64,000 nucleotides of DNA from Azolla caroliniana (lineage: Eukaryota > Plantae > Polypodiophyta), in the NCBI GenBank assembly GCA_043228905.1, contig JBHGNT010000014.1, positions 14,508,001-14,572,000 on the forward strand. The letters are read 5' to 3'. Positions 1 to 11,933 of the stretch are shown in pieces; position 1 is the stretch's first letter, and every line of letters starts with the position of its first letter. The notes under the pieces were generated by a model. It saw only the letters and a list, made by a program, of their open reading frames with translations, did no database searches and was not told the DNA's origin. The position numbers were made by a program, and so were the translations under genes.

Positions 1-96
1 CACTTCTTCAAGTATCTAAGAGGAACCAAAGATGTACAACTCACTTTCGGATCAGCAAATCCAACAGAAGTCGAAGGCTATACCGACTCCGACATG
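1..96 (+). mobile_element. Ty1/Copia RT-RNase H junction fragment (truncated by window edge)
   Basis: Frame 1 reads HFFKYLRGTKDVQLTFGSANPTEVEGYTDSD, matching the Copia (I)LRYL(K/R)GT...GYTDSD motif. Confidence 0.8.
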
Positions 97-1139
97 AGAT
101 TTATAATCGCTCAATGTAAATATGATGACTATACCTCCTAAATTTCTAAGAAGTATCTCCTAAGAACTCGAATCCACTCTTGGCTTAATTATATTAAAAT
201 ATGATATTTTTTATCAGCTTCAAGAGAAATACCTTGATAGTAGTTTCTTCAAAAGATATTGAATGAGAGCTGAATCTAGTAAAGATGCCACTAAAATCAC
301 CATACCATCTTAGTATGATTTTCTTATGAGAAATTTGGCATTTTTCTAATGCATGCATATATTTGGGTTCGATTGGATATTTTCAAATAATCATAACAAC
401 TAATTGGGTGTAGGCAAAACATCTATCATCAAGTAAAGATTAATAGAGTCTAATGGAACACTTAGCTCTCTTATGATGTTGCCTTGTGATGTTTCTCACA
501 CTTGACCCAAGGTATGAGGTCCTTACATATAATTAGCTCTCTTGTGGATGATGATATGTGAGATTTCGTCATTAAATGCTACAACGTGTTTAAGCTACCT
601 ATAGTTTTAATCACTTATCTGCAATCATCTTGTAATTGAATTGTTTGTTTAAGCTCCAATAAAACTTTGATAAGGTTTATGTAGATTCAAAGTTTATGAA
701 CACTCAATATTTTCACGATGATGAGCTTTCAACCTGTTGATTTAACCTTTTTCTAATTCCTACAAGGTTCCTTCTTCATAATTATACATCTAGTTGCTCA
801 AAATGTTGATCGTTTCACCTCAGCGTGCACATATTTGTGCTATTCATACAACACTAGGGAGTGTAAGTAGAGCATAACGTCCTTCTCACATAAGGTTGTG
901 AGGGCGAAGATGGAAAAGGAATTAAGAAGATCATCCTTTTCTTTTCTTGATCGTAGATGTCCATAATGTGATGATGTGAGGGAATTTCCTCGAATATGAG
1001 GGTAAGGCTCTTGGGAGTTTTATAAAGTGACACAATATGACCTAGAAGGAATTGGAACTAAAGGTGAAATTTCTTCTTCAATCTGATTGAGGAGATTTTT
1101 TTTCAAGTAAATTTTAGAATTGTGTTTTATCAAAAGCCA

Positions 1140-1510
1140 TTGGCAACTCGGTATCCTCCTCAACAAAATGGAGTAATAGATAGAACATTAGAATCACACC
1201 ATTATCGAAAATGGTTCAATATATACACAAGGGACCATGATTGTACAATTTTTTCTTTGCGAAGATGTAATTAACAATGCAATCTATATACTTAAACCAA
1301 AGTTTCACAAAAGCTTAAGAGAGAACGACACCTTGGAAGCATATTCAATTACGAAACCTTTAACCACACATTCGCATATGCTATGCACAAATGCTTGACA
1401 AACATAGGACAAAGTTGGATGCGAAGAGGACAACATGCGTCTCGATCGATGGACACAACTTGCGATTTCAAGGCCCACAAAAGCTTTACAATGCGACGAC
1501 CAGTACGAAG
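1140..1510 (+). mobile_element. Degenerate Copia integrase remnant
   Basis: YPPQQNGVIDR at ~1152 and DKHRTKLDAKRTTCVSIDG at ~1394 resemble Copia TPQQNGVAER and KRxKLDxK..C.FIGY; frameshifted. Confidence 0.6.
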
Positions 1511-1903
1511 TTGGTACTCATTCGACACGCGGGATTCGATGGAGCGCCATGCGAAATACGAATGAAGCAGAACTGTGTATAATGTGATAGTTCTCCATAT
1601 ATGTATAAGATGGGAGTAGAAATAGAATCAAAGCGGCAAACGGGGATTTATGAAGGTAGCTCTCATGTCATGCATTAAATGTGGTAAAGTTAGGGGCACA
1701 TACGAAGTCCCATTCGTATCCTATTGTCAATCGGTTCTCATGATAATGACAAATTACAATATAGATAGATATGAGCTCCCATTTGTATCATATAACCTTA
1801 TAGTGTCTCTCTCCAGGGTGTACTTTTGTGTCAAATATGTACATACATAGTCTTTCTCTTCTTTATGTGTTTTCTGCGGCGCACCGAGAAAATCTTGCAG
1901 TTC

Positions 1904-2104
1904 CACGTGTAATCATAATAAGCAAAAGACAGAAAAGAAAAAAAAACAAAAAAGACAAAAGTGCTGCTTCCTTCTTCTTCTTTTTTGGGGGTGTTCTTTC
2001 TTTTTGTTGGCTGCGCTGGCAACGAAAGGGCACCGAACACGTGGCTGCTGACGAGGACGGTCGCCTTCCACGTGGCGAATGATTTGGCATCGCCACGTGG
2101 AGGC
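1904..2104. promoter_or_regulatory. G-box/ABRE cluster upstream of the SLAC1-like gene
   Basis: CACGTG at 1904, 2038, 2069 and 2094; the last three are in ACGTGGC (ABRE) context. Confidence 0.5.
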
Positions 2105-2124
2105 CGGGAGGCGTTTTGACAGTT

Positions 2125-2420
2125 TTTCGTCTTCGTCTTCTTCTTCTTCTTCTTCTTCTTCTTCGTCTCTTCTTCTTCTGCTGTCTCTGTCGACGACTTT
2201 CCTTCTTCTTCTTCTTCTTCTTCTTCGTCTTCTTCTGCAGAAGGAATGCTTTGAAAAGCTGCTGCTGCTGCTGGTGATGGTGCTGCTCCTACTACTGCTA
2301 CTACTACTACAGACAAGAAACCCTAATTTGTTCATATGTGGATGTGTGGGGGCGGTGATCATGGCTGTACGCAGCACATGGCGAAGCTCCCAGCTCTGAG
2401 ACAGCCATAGCCACACACAC

Positions 2421-2458
<38 letters not shown>

Positions 2459-2662
2459 TCTTCTTCTTCTTCTTCTTCTTCTTTGCCATTGCTGTCATTG
2501 TCGATGACTTTCCTCCTCTTCCTCCTTCTTCTTCTTCTTCGCAGAATGCTTTGAAAAGCAGCTACTACTTCTACTACTGTTACTACTACAGACAAGGAAT
2601 CCTGATTTGTATTTGTGTATAGGTATATCTGTATATCTGTATATATATATATATATATATAT
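2125..2662. repeat. Imperfect ~300-bp tandem duplication rich in (CTT)n, (CTA)n and (TA)n microsatellites
   Basis: Blocks gctgtc..tgtcga.gactttcc, gaatgctttgaaaagc and ctactacagacaag each occur twice (~2180-2340 and ~2490-2620). Confidence 0.75.
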
Positions 2663-2948
2663 ATGGACATGGACTGCGTGTTCTTCGACTTCCTGAGCTT
2701 AGGACCTCCCTTTCCTTTTCCCTTTCCCTTTCTCAGACCTAGTGCGCTTGCAGGAACGTTAAAAAGAACCAGAAGAGTTTGGCACATCAGTGGCCTCTTC
2801 AACGTGCCTTGCTGTGTCTCTGCAGAATCTTCAACGTGCCTGCAAAAGCGAGATTGATAGGAAGAAAAAAGAAAAGAAAGAAAGAAACAGGAGACACACA
2901 TATATATGTTTCTTGCTGTTTGATCTGCACCTTCCAAACCATAGCAGC

Positions 2949-2949
<1 letters not shown>

Positions 2950-2979
<30 letters not shown>
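2950..2979. repeat. (AG)n microsatellite
   Basis: Direct observation. Confidence 0.95.
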
Positions 2980-2982
<3 letters not shown>

Positions 2983-3477
2983 CTTACTGGTCTAAATATT
3001 TCCTGTGTCTTCAAATCCTGGCCGAATTAAGAAAGGCGGCAGGATCTTCTTTCTGATCTCAGCATTTCTTTTTGCTTCTGAATCTTCAACGAATGCTCGA
3101 AATGTTCTCTTGAACCTGACAATTTCTTGCTGTTTCTGCAACTTCAAAACGAACCAGGTTTAAAGAATTGCATTGCTGGCACAGAGAGATCTTGTACCTT
3201 TCTTTCTGAGGATTTCTCTCCCTTCCTGCGCCTTCATAATCCTAGTTACATCTACATACATTAACAAGTTTGACTACCGTTCTTAGGACGTTTTTCGTTC
3301 TCATTCAATCGTCACGTTTCTGGCGCTCCATACCTGAAATTTGAAGACTATAAACTTCAGTTACTCAAATCTTTGCACCGTATTAAGCTTCTTTTTCTCT
3401 TGCTCATTTAGATACAAATCACAGATCAGAAAACGTTTCCATTCACATTTTTAACAGTATCAACAACACTGGTAATT

Positions 3478-6400
3478 ATGTCTGCCGATATTCAACGTGA
3501 TCAACTATATCCTCAGGATGTGGAAAACGCATGGAAAACCAGAGAGGATCACTTGCTCGGTGAAAGGAAAATGCAAGCTAATCCTACAGCAAATGACAAT
3601 GAAGAAGACTTACCACACTTGCTCAGAATGATTAATGGAAGCTGTTCTTTATCTCACGATTACTTCGACACAGACAATAATCATCACTTCATCCAAGAGA
3701 ATAATACCGCAAGCAATGACATGTTCACAGGATTTAGAACCGGATCTTTCACTAAAGATTTCTTCGAGTCCGAAGATCACTCTGCAAATGAAATTGTTAA
3801 TCATGCTGAGTTAGTTTCTCAGAATTCACATCGGATGGAAGAATCCTTCCATAAGTCCTCGCCTGAAGATACAACAGTGGACATATCCAAACTCATTGTA
3901 GCAGAGAAGCAACAAAATGCTTCTTCTAAACATGAAATTAGCACAGCAAAATGTACAACTAATGTTGCTAATCCACCTCCCAAGTCTGCACAGTCAAGAA
4001 GAAGTTCTCAAGTTGAAATAACGAGGAAGATATCTTCTAGGTCTAGAAGCTCCATTAGTAGCGATCCTTTGGAAGGTCCTAAAGATGATACGGCTAGTAA
4101 TTTGATGCTTCCAACAGCGCGAAACTCTATGCATAAAACTGGGAAATTTAAAGAAAAGAAGTTCTTCTCACAGCCCAATCCAAGCATTACGAAGCTTTCA
4201 GACAAAATGAATGGCATAAATAGAGTTTATTCTGGACCAGTAAATGGATGTAAATCAAAGGATAATTTGAATGCAGTCAAGAAAGAAAACTATCTCTTGT
4301 TTGAAACAAAGTCGAAGAAACAGTTCTCCCAATTGGTTTCACAGAGATTGGCACAGAATGAAAGCAAATTAGCAGGCCAAGATAGCTTTCAAACAGGAAA
4401 AGCCATGCCTGCCGGACGATACTTTGATGCATTGAAGGGGCCTGAGCTTGAGATATTGAAGGTCAGTATGAAATTCACTTTCAGCTACACAAGTTATGTT
4501 TAGCATGTTGAAAACTAATGATTGTGTATATATATTAATAGTTAAAGAACGCCTGCATGATTTCCTTTAACATCCGAATTAAACATCAGAGCGTTCATGT
4601 GATAAATGTTGTTGTTGTTTGTAAGGTATATACAACTCTTGCACGATTTCCTCTAATATCAGAGTCTTCATGAACATGTCTTTTGGCTAGGACTGTGAGG
4701 AACCTTTACTTCCACTTGATCAACAATGGCCATTTCTCCTTCGATTTCCAATAGGCTGCTTTGGCATATGCCTTGGTTTAGGCAGCCAATCAATCCTTTG
4801 GAAAACTCTGGCTATGAATCAATCGATTAGCTTTTTAAGAGCACCCCTCTTTATTAACCTCATCTTATGGTACTTGGCTGCACTTGCACTTGCTGGCATT
4901 TCAGTAGTATATGGTTTGAAGTGCCTCTTCTATTTTGAAGCAGTTCGGAGAGAATATCACCATCCTGTGCGAGTAAACTTCTTCTTCGCTCCATGGATAG
5001 CTTGCATGTTTTTAACATTGGGTATTCCCCCCAGTATTGCTACTTCTATTCATCCAGCACTCTGGGGTATATTTACTACTCCAATTCTGCTGTTAGAGCT
5101 AAAGATATATGGACAATGGCTTTCAGGGGGAGCAAGAAGGTTATCCAGAGTGGCTAATCCTTCAACTCACTTGTCTTTAGTGGGAAATTTCATTAGTGCC
5201 TTGTTGGCATCAACAGTTGGTTTGAAAGAACCAGCTATATTCTTCTGGGCAGTTGGATTCGCACATTATCTAGTTCTCTTTGTAACACTATATCAACGTT
5301 TGCCCATCTCTGAGGTTGTCACTAAAGAGCTTCATCCTATATTTTTCCTCTTTGTAGCTGCCCCGAGTGCTGCTAGTGTTGCTTGGAAGAGTATTAATGG
5401 TAGCTTCAACTGTGTTTCTCGAATGGCATACTTTCTCGCACTCTTCCTCTATTCGTCACTAGTGAGTTTGTTTCCTTAATTATTGCAACTGGACTGGAAC
5501 ATGCACTATATTCATCATTAGCGAGTTCGTTTCCTTAATTATTGCACTAGAACATGCACTACACTACTATAGTCACCATTGATGAGTCCTTTTCTTTAAC
5601 ATTATTTTGAATTATTTTTTTTCCATTTTGCTTACATCTTACTTTCTGGGGCGTGCCATTGCAGGTAGTACGACTTAACTTCTTTTACGGGTTCAAGTAA
5701 GTGACTCGAAATGATTTCTTTTGTGCTGGTATTGTTTCTCAATAGCAAATTGCAATGCCATGACTTTAATGCAGTGGCAATTAACCATATTATGCCAAAA
5801 GGAAAATGAAACTAGAAAGTGCAATATCCATCAAACTGTCCTAAATAGTGAAATCAATTGAAGGTGTTATAATCAAGATTGATGTGTGAGTGACATGTAT
5901 CATGATTCACACCTCCGCAAAGCTTTGAGACGTTTTTTTTTCCCTGAGCTCATCATGGTAAAGATGGAAAATATACTTACATGCTTGAGTATTATCGTGT
6001 AAAATGAGGATGATTTCCTTATCTGACATCAGTTGTAAGGCCCCTCTTTTGGATAATATAAAAGGAACTCTTAGCTAATCAAGGCACTGAAGCTCACATG
6101 TTTAAGATCATTAAGCAGAGGAAAACATTGTACAACCATCACTTTGAAATAGGTATGATTGTTAATTTCCTCTCGACACATAAGGGAAAGGAGAAAGTGA
6201 ATTAAAACCCTACAGAAATCAAACTATTGAAAATTTTGTGACTAAAATTGGGAACAAATTATAGTGGAACCACAAATAAACTTTGTAAAGATTGACATTG
6301 CATTTCTAATTTTGTAGATTTACTGTTTCTATGGTGATGAACTTGGTGATAAGTTAACATCGGTGATATGTGTCTTTTGCAGGTTTTCTCTTACATGGTG

Positions 6401-6779
6401 GGCATATACATTTCCAATGACTGCATTAGCAAATGCGACAATCCACTATTCAATGGAAGTGCAGCATTCAATAACACAAATTATGGCAGTAATATTTTCC
6501 TTCATTTCAAGTGCGGTGGTTTCTACCTTGTTTGTGATAACAGTCGTCCAGGCTATAAGGGGGAAATTATTTCCAAATGATTTGGCCATAGCCATAGCAG
6601 CTAGGAGGCATGACAAAAGAAAACAAAAGGGTTTGAAAGAAGGGTCATCATCATGTAAGAGTTTGGCTATTGATAAAAGCAAGTTGGAGAAGTGTGATGA
6701 AGTTTTGGCAAAAGAGAGTGGGGTTTTGATAGCATCCAATCTACACCCAAAGAACACTGAAATTCGTGTTCACACATAA
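3478..6779 (+). CDS. SLAC1: S-type (slow) anion channel, SLAC1/SLAH family. Exons 3478-4461, 4691-5461, 5665-5696, 6383-6779; 2184 nt, 727 aa
   Basis: All introns are GT-AG and the spliced frame stays open. Motifs AGRYFDALKGPELE, LLPLDQQWPFLLRFPIGCFGICLG, VRREYHHPVRVNFFFAPW, VANPSTHLS, LFVTLYQRLP, KELHPIFFLFVAAPSAAS and FSLTWWAYTFPMT (gate Phe). SLAC1 versus SLAH2/3 orthology is not resolved by eye and the start codon is less certain. Confidence 0.93.
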
Positions 6780-6910
6780 AGTAAGGAGAACCTAGAATGC
6801 ATAAATAATAGCTCTTTGCTCGACGCGGCTAGGTTCAAGCCTTACATGTTGGAAAAGTAGCTTGTTGTGCCTTCTTATTGGCACATTGGCCACAAGCACG
6901 CACTACATAC

Positions 6911-7866
6911 ATGTGTCTTATGCTAAATGATGCCCTCTAGTCCTCTTTCTGTTGATGATCGCTACATAAGATAGGAACTTGACGAGGGCTTCTAATATCA
7001 TTTTTATATGAGAATAGTATTAATAATAGACGAGGACATATTTATATGTTTGAGCGATATTGTTTTATTCAAAATATAATATTAATATAGATGAGGACAT
7101 ATTTATATGATGCGCTTGTCCGATCAACAATTACATGTTCGTGAAGTCCAATAAAACGCTTCTGCATGGGACAAACCAAAATGTTTATGGATGGATGGTT
7201 GTGATATTGCTCGTTTTTTGCAAAGAGTTTGATCTTTAGAGGTGTATTCAACTTCTACTTAGCAAAATAAGGTTGGCACATGGAACTCTACTAAATGAGT
7301 TGTTTCATGGGAGAAGAGCACATTTTTTAATATATTGCAAAGAAAAAGATGAAAAGGCCATGTAGTGCACCAACAACCCCTCCTATACCCATACATGTAT
7401 GTGTCTTATGCTAAATGATGCCATCTAGTCCTCTTTTTGATGACGATCGCTACACAAGATAGGGACTTGAGTAGGGCTTCTAATATCATTTTTATCTAAG
7501 TATAGTATTATTAATAATACATGAGGACATCTTTATATGTTTGAGCGATATGATTTTTATTCAAAATATAATATTAAAATATAATATAGACGAGGACATA
7601 TTTATATGATGCGCTTGTCCGATCAACAATTACATGTTCGTGAAGTCCAATAAAACTCTTTTACATGGGACTAACCAAAGTGTTTGCGGATGGATGGTGA
7701 GTTTGATCTTTAGAGATGTATTCAACTTCTACTTGGAAAAATAAGGTTGTCACATGGAACTCTAGTTAATGAGTTGTTTCATGGGAGAAAAGTACATTTT
7801 TTAATATATTGCAAAGCAAGAAATGAAAAGACCATGCAGTGCACTAACAACCCCTCCTATACCCAT
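6911..7866. repeat. Two-copy ~488-bp tandem duplication downstream of the gene
   Basis: 6911-7392 and 7399-7866 both run from atgtgtcttatgctaaatgatgcc to aacaacccctcctatacccat, with scattered differences and small indels. Confidence 0.9.
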
Positions 7867-9885
7867 CACCCATCCTATACCAATCGTAGTTGTTCATATT
7901 GTCAACCTAATTGGTTTATGTTTGTTCTGTCAAATTGAATTCCCTTAATATAACAATATTCTTGAAGTCATGAGATGTTCCCCAATTTAAGGATTTCATT
8001 CTTGTACTTTAGTTTGTCCTTTTTTATTCCTTTATTTTCTTTAATTGTAGTATGTACCTTTTAAATAAAAGTCCAATGATGCATTCATTGATGCTACCCC
8101 CAAAAATAGATAGGTGATGAATTTGATCTCACATAATAGTTTGTTTAATTTAGATGCTTGCAACTTGCAATTTGTTTTAACATGTTGTTTATAGTTTTGA
8201 GAAGGCTACTTTGAAAAGATAGTGTGAACTCTATATTGATTTTCCAAAGTAAACCAAGCACTTCAATACATCTTGGTTTTTGTGTAATTCTTTTGCTCAT
8301 GTTTCACTCACTAGCATACAAGAATGACCTATGTATAGCCTTTAGTCATATCATTATCTTTAAAGCGGTATCACAATGAAACAATTATTTTGCAAATCCC
8401 CATTAAAAAATATCTTATGATTTTGGTTAATGAAAACAAAATTATCACAATTGAATAACAGGAAGTAGAATTGTTTTTGGCACGAGTTTAATGTTTCGGG
8501 ATTAACTAAGGAAAACGGGTGTAGAAACTTGAAGGACATGGATCCTTCGTGTAGTAAATACCTTAAATTGAGCAATGAGCTCACATTCTATGTAATCATG
8601 GAAATTGTTTGTACATCTAGATCTCAAGAGTCACCCATAATGTTACATCCTTTTAGGGAACACCTCTCATTTCAATGTATTTTTGTTCACAATCAATAAA
8701 ATACTCGTTAACACTTTATATATTCTTAATGACATGGCTACTTTGGATTTGACACGATATATATATGTATGTATATGTATAATGATTTTGTCAACGTTTT
8801 ATATAACAATGAAATGACATAACGCTTTTATCTAACGATAGAGTGACACGTTGGCCTTCAATATTGATATTTTCGATGGTTTTTAAGAATGTTTCAAGAT
8901 GCTTTTCAATTCGTATACGAAAATACATTTTGAAGGTATTATGAGATTGATCACAAATAAAATCTTCAACATGTCTTTGTCAATGAATTAAGGCTCCATT
9001 TTGACCTTGGCATGAGTGCATCCCTATACCTCTTTAGACAAAGTTCCACAACACGAGATCCTCATTTAGAATCCCTATCAAACCCACTATATTAGGAATG
9101 ACCTAGACATAACTCATAACAAGTTAACTTCACCCTACTAATGGCTTGCAATTGGATCTTGATCTCTATTATAAGGAATCGTAAAGCTTTACTTTTTCTT
9201 TTTGCGGACATTAGCAAGAAGTTCTAACCCTATGTGTACAACTTATTCTCGCCATTCAACCCAATAGCAAAGACAAGCAAGCCATGAGCATCAATACAAG
9301 GTTATGCCTTTTGATACCAGTTTCAATAAGCATTTAATAACAAACTTCTTTATTCACAATGATAATTGTTTACGTAAGGCATGATGAATGAGCCCATAAT
9401 GACAGAATGACCACTTTAATTTATGATGCGTTTTCTTTTTAAGTTCTCTTTCATTTCTTGATTTTTTTATGTATTAAGAGATTGATCACCGACAAAAAGT
9501 ATTTTGAAATGTAAGGTTGTCATTTCCTAATAAATATTTTTTGTTATGAAATGGTTACTTAGAATTGGGATGTGCTCAGATTTTGATCACCTATGAGAAG
9601 CATTTAGAAATAAATTATTGTCTTTTCCAATAATAAAATTGTGTTATGAAACGATTACTTCTAGTTACAATAAACATAAAAAAAGGACCATGTTGATGTG
9701 GACTCTTGTGGCATTGTGATTGCATGAGGAAATGACAAAATAAAACATCATCGTAATAGACATTTAAGAGCAAAAGGTCACACCTTAAATAATCTCAAAC
9801 CACTACAAAACTCAATGGAGCCCATTTAAGACTAAAGTCATCCAATTTGCTTGCTCTCACTTGGGGCATAAAGGTAGAGGTTTTA

Positions 9886-10009
9886 TGTTACGGGCATGAC
9901 CATATAATATCCCGTGGTGAGAATTTACGTAGTATTCACACTTATCCACGTGTATAGAATACTACGGTAAATTCTCACCACGGGATATTATATGGTCATG
10001 TCCGTAACA
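9886..10009. mobile_element. 124-bp fold-back (MITE-like) element with TG...CA ends and 5-bp TSD TTTTA
   Basis: ~52-bp near-perfect inverted arms; TTTTA at 9881-9885 and 10010-10014; arms match the element terminus at 58465. Confidence 0.8.
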
Positions 10010-10736
10010 TTTTAGGGAGCTTTGTAGTTTCAAATTAGATTTGCCAAAAGTGTGTGAATAAACGTAGATGAATGTATTGAGACAATTCAATTAATGTTGC
10101 ATGACATTTTTTTGTGTGACTCATCTAGGACTCACTCGTATATGATGTCTTGAGATGTCTTCAAATGTTTGGATGTTTAGATGATACAATTAGTATATTA
10201 CTCCTCAAATACAAAAGTTAAATATATATGCAATTATTCAGATGCATGGTAATTAATCGATGAACCTCTCAGAAAATAATGGGAAAGCTGGGTTTTGTTA
10301 TCAAAGGGTTAAATGAAGAACACTTATAATACCTTTGTGTTGTTGATCATCACATACAACACACATATGCTCCACTCCATCATATATATTAATATAGAAA
10401 ATAAACAAACAAACCTACATATGTACATACAAACAATAAACAAATATACCTACATATGTACATACATACATACATTACACGTACATGACATTCACAAACT
10501 TGCAAACTCTTTATATATATACATATTTAAACTTTTACATACAATACACATACCATTTACACTTACATGAATATATAGTTAAACTTAATCATGTGTACAT
10601 GAATAGCCAATATACATATTTTTGCACATTAAAATTAACATACTCAGACAAATCTATATGTACATAGTACTTTTTAAATATACTCATACGTTACATAATT
10701 AAGCATATAGATACAAGATTTGGAACATAAAAAAAT

Positions 10737-10737
<1 letters not shown>

Positions 10738-10785
<48 letters not shown>
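10738..10785. repeat. (CA)n microsatellite
   Basis: Direct observation. Confidence 0.95.
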
Positions 10786-10788
<3 letters not shown>

Positions 10789-11049
10789 GTACTTTGGGAA
10801 GATAGGTCCAAAACATCCGAAGGAAGCAAGGAGCCACTATAACTAGCAATTACAAGGGTTCTAAAGTCATGAACTCGACAACCAAACCCATCTTCCTTGG
10901 TTCATGGCTCTTGTGGACTTGCTCACATTTTACATGCATGCGAGTAACTTCAAGAGAAGGATTGATTCATTGAGTATAAGGGCCAACTTATTGTTGATGC
11001 AAGAAGAGAAGGTCACATGTTTATCCTTCATACAACTAAGGTAAACACC

Positions 11050-11180
11050 ATGCTGTATGGAAACAACCGTATTTATATTCCCAATGGACCTTCTTGACTC
11101 GAAGTCTTGAAGCATTGCCATGATTCACCATTAGTTGGACATTTTGGAGTTGTGAAAACATTGGAGCTAGTTAGCCAAAA
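11050..11180 (+). mobile_element. Ty3/Gypsy integrase N-terminal (HHCC) remnant
   Basis: LYGNNRIYIPNGPS*LEVLKHCHDSPLVGHFGVVKTLELVS. Confidence 0.75.
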
Positions 11181-11231
11181 CAATTTGTTGGAGGTGAGGC
11201 TGTCAGTGCGGAAATAGAAACTACACTTAGG

Positions 11232-11933
11232 TGTTGAAGAACAAGATGTTGATGATAGATTAACAAGATGAACAAATTAAAGCCAAGAGTTAGAAGACAA
11301 CTTACCTAGACTATAAGCTCAAGATAGAGTGAGAGAGAGAGATGTAGAGGCACAAACTGTTGTTATTGTATTATTCAAAGCTACAATACAAAGAATAGCG
11401 GCACTATGAACAAGGTTAGTTATATAAGAATTGAACTAGGGCAACTGCCCTTTGGTTTTATTGTAAATATGTCATAACCTAGTGTGTCCAAATGGGACAA
11501 TTTGAATATGGCTATTATACACCCGTATTCAACACTCCCCAATAATGGGCATATACAACAAAAATCTATAATAAAAGAATATTAAACAAATTAAAGATTT
11601 TTACAAAGAGATATTTGAGACAATTCGGCTGGTTGCCGAATTGGCAAAGGCTAAATAATGAACGCCGAATCGGCTAGTCTAAAAGACTGAAGCCAGATTG
11701 AGGACAATTGTCCAAAGTGTTCAGAGCCGATTGTTTGAGGCCATCTCTGTGTCCGACTCAATTAGATTGATTTCTCCTTAAGCCCATATGGTGCCTTAAT
11801 GACTGGAATCGGTCACCCGAAAGACACTTGATCATTCCATCTGCTACGTTGTCAGTCGTAGAGATATTCTCGAGACCGAGCTTACCTATAGTTACGCCAT
11901 CCCAAATGAAGTGATATTGAATGTCGATGTGCT
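11232..11933 (-). mobile_element. Copia A, 3' part: 3' LTR 11232-11534, PPT 11535-11547, RNase H C-terminus 11758-11933
   Basis: TG...CA LTR similar to the Copia G LTR; KHIDIQYHFIWD...DNVADGMIKCL is close to Copia G RNase H; continues at 55849. Confidence 0.85.

Noticed and set aside
1828-3030. Overlapping ORFs with poly-E/K/S/L/R and IYIY tracts
   Set aside because: They are translations of microsatellites with no domain content.
6810-6845. B-box-like ggttcaagcc just after the SLAC1 stop codon
   Set aside because: No A-box at the expected distance.
7900-9880. AT-rich stretch with a short ORF (8360-8584) and a PBS-like tgatacca at ~9312
   Set aside because: No supporting LTR, TSD or protein motif could be found by eye.
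10313-10667. ORFs in the ACAT-rich region
   Set aside because: Low-complexity degenerate microsatellite sequence.
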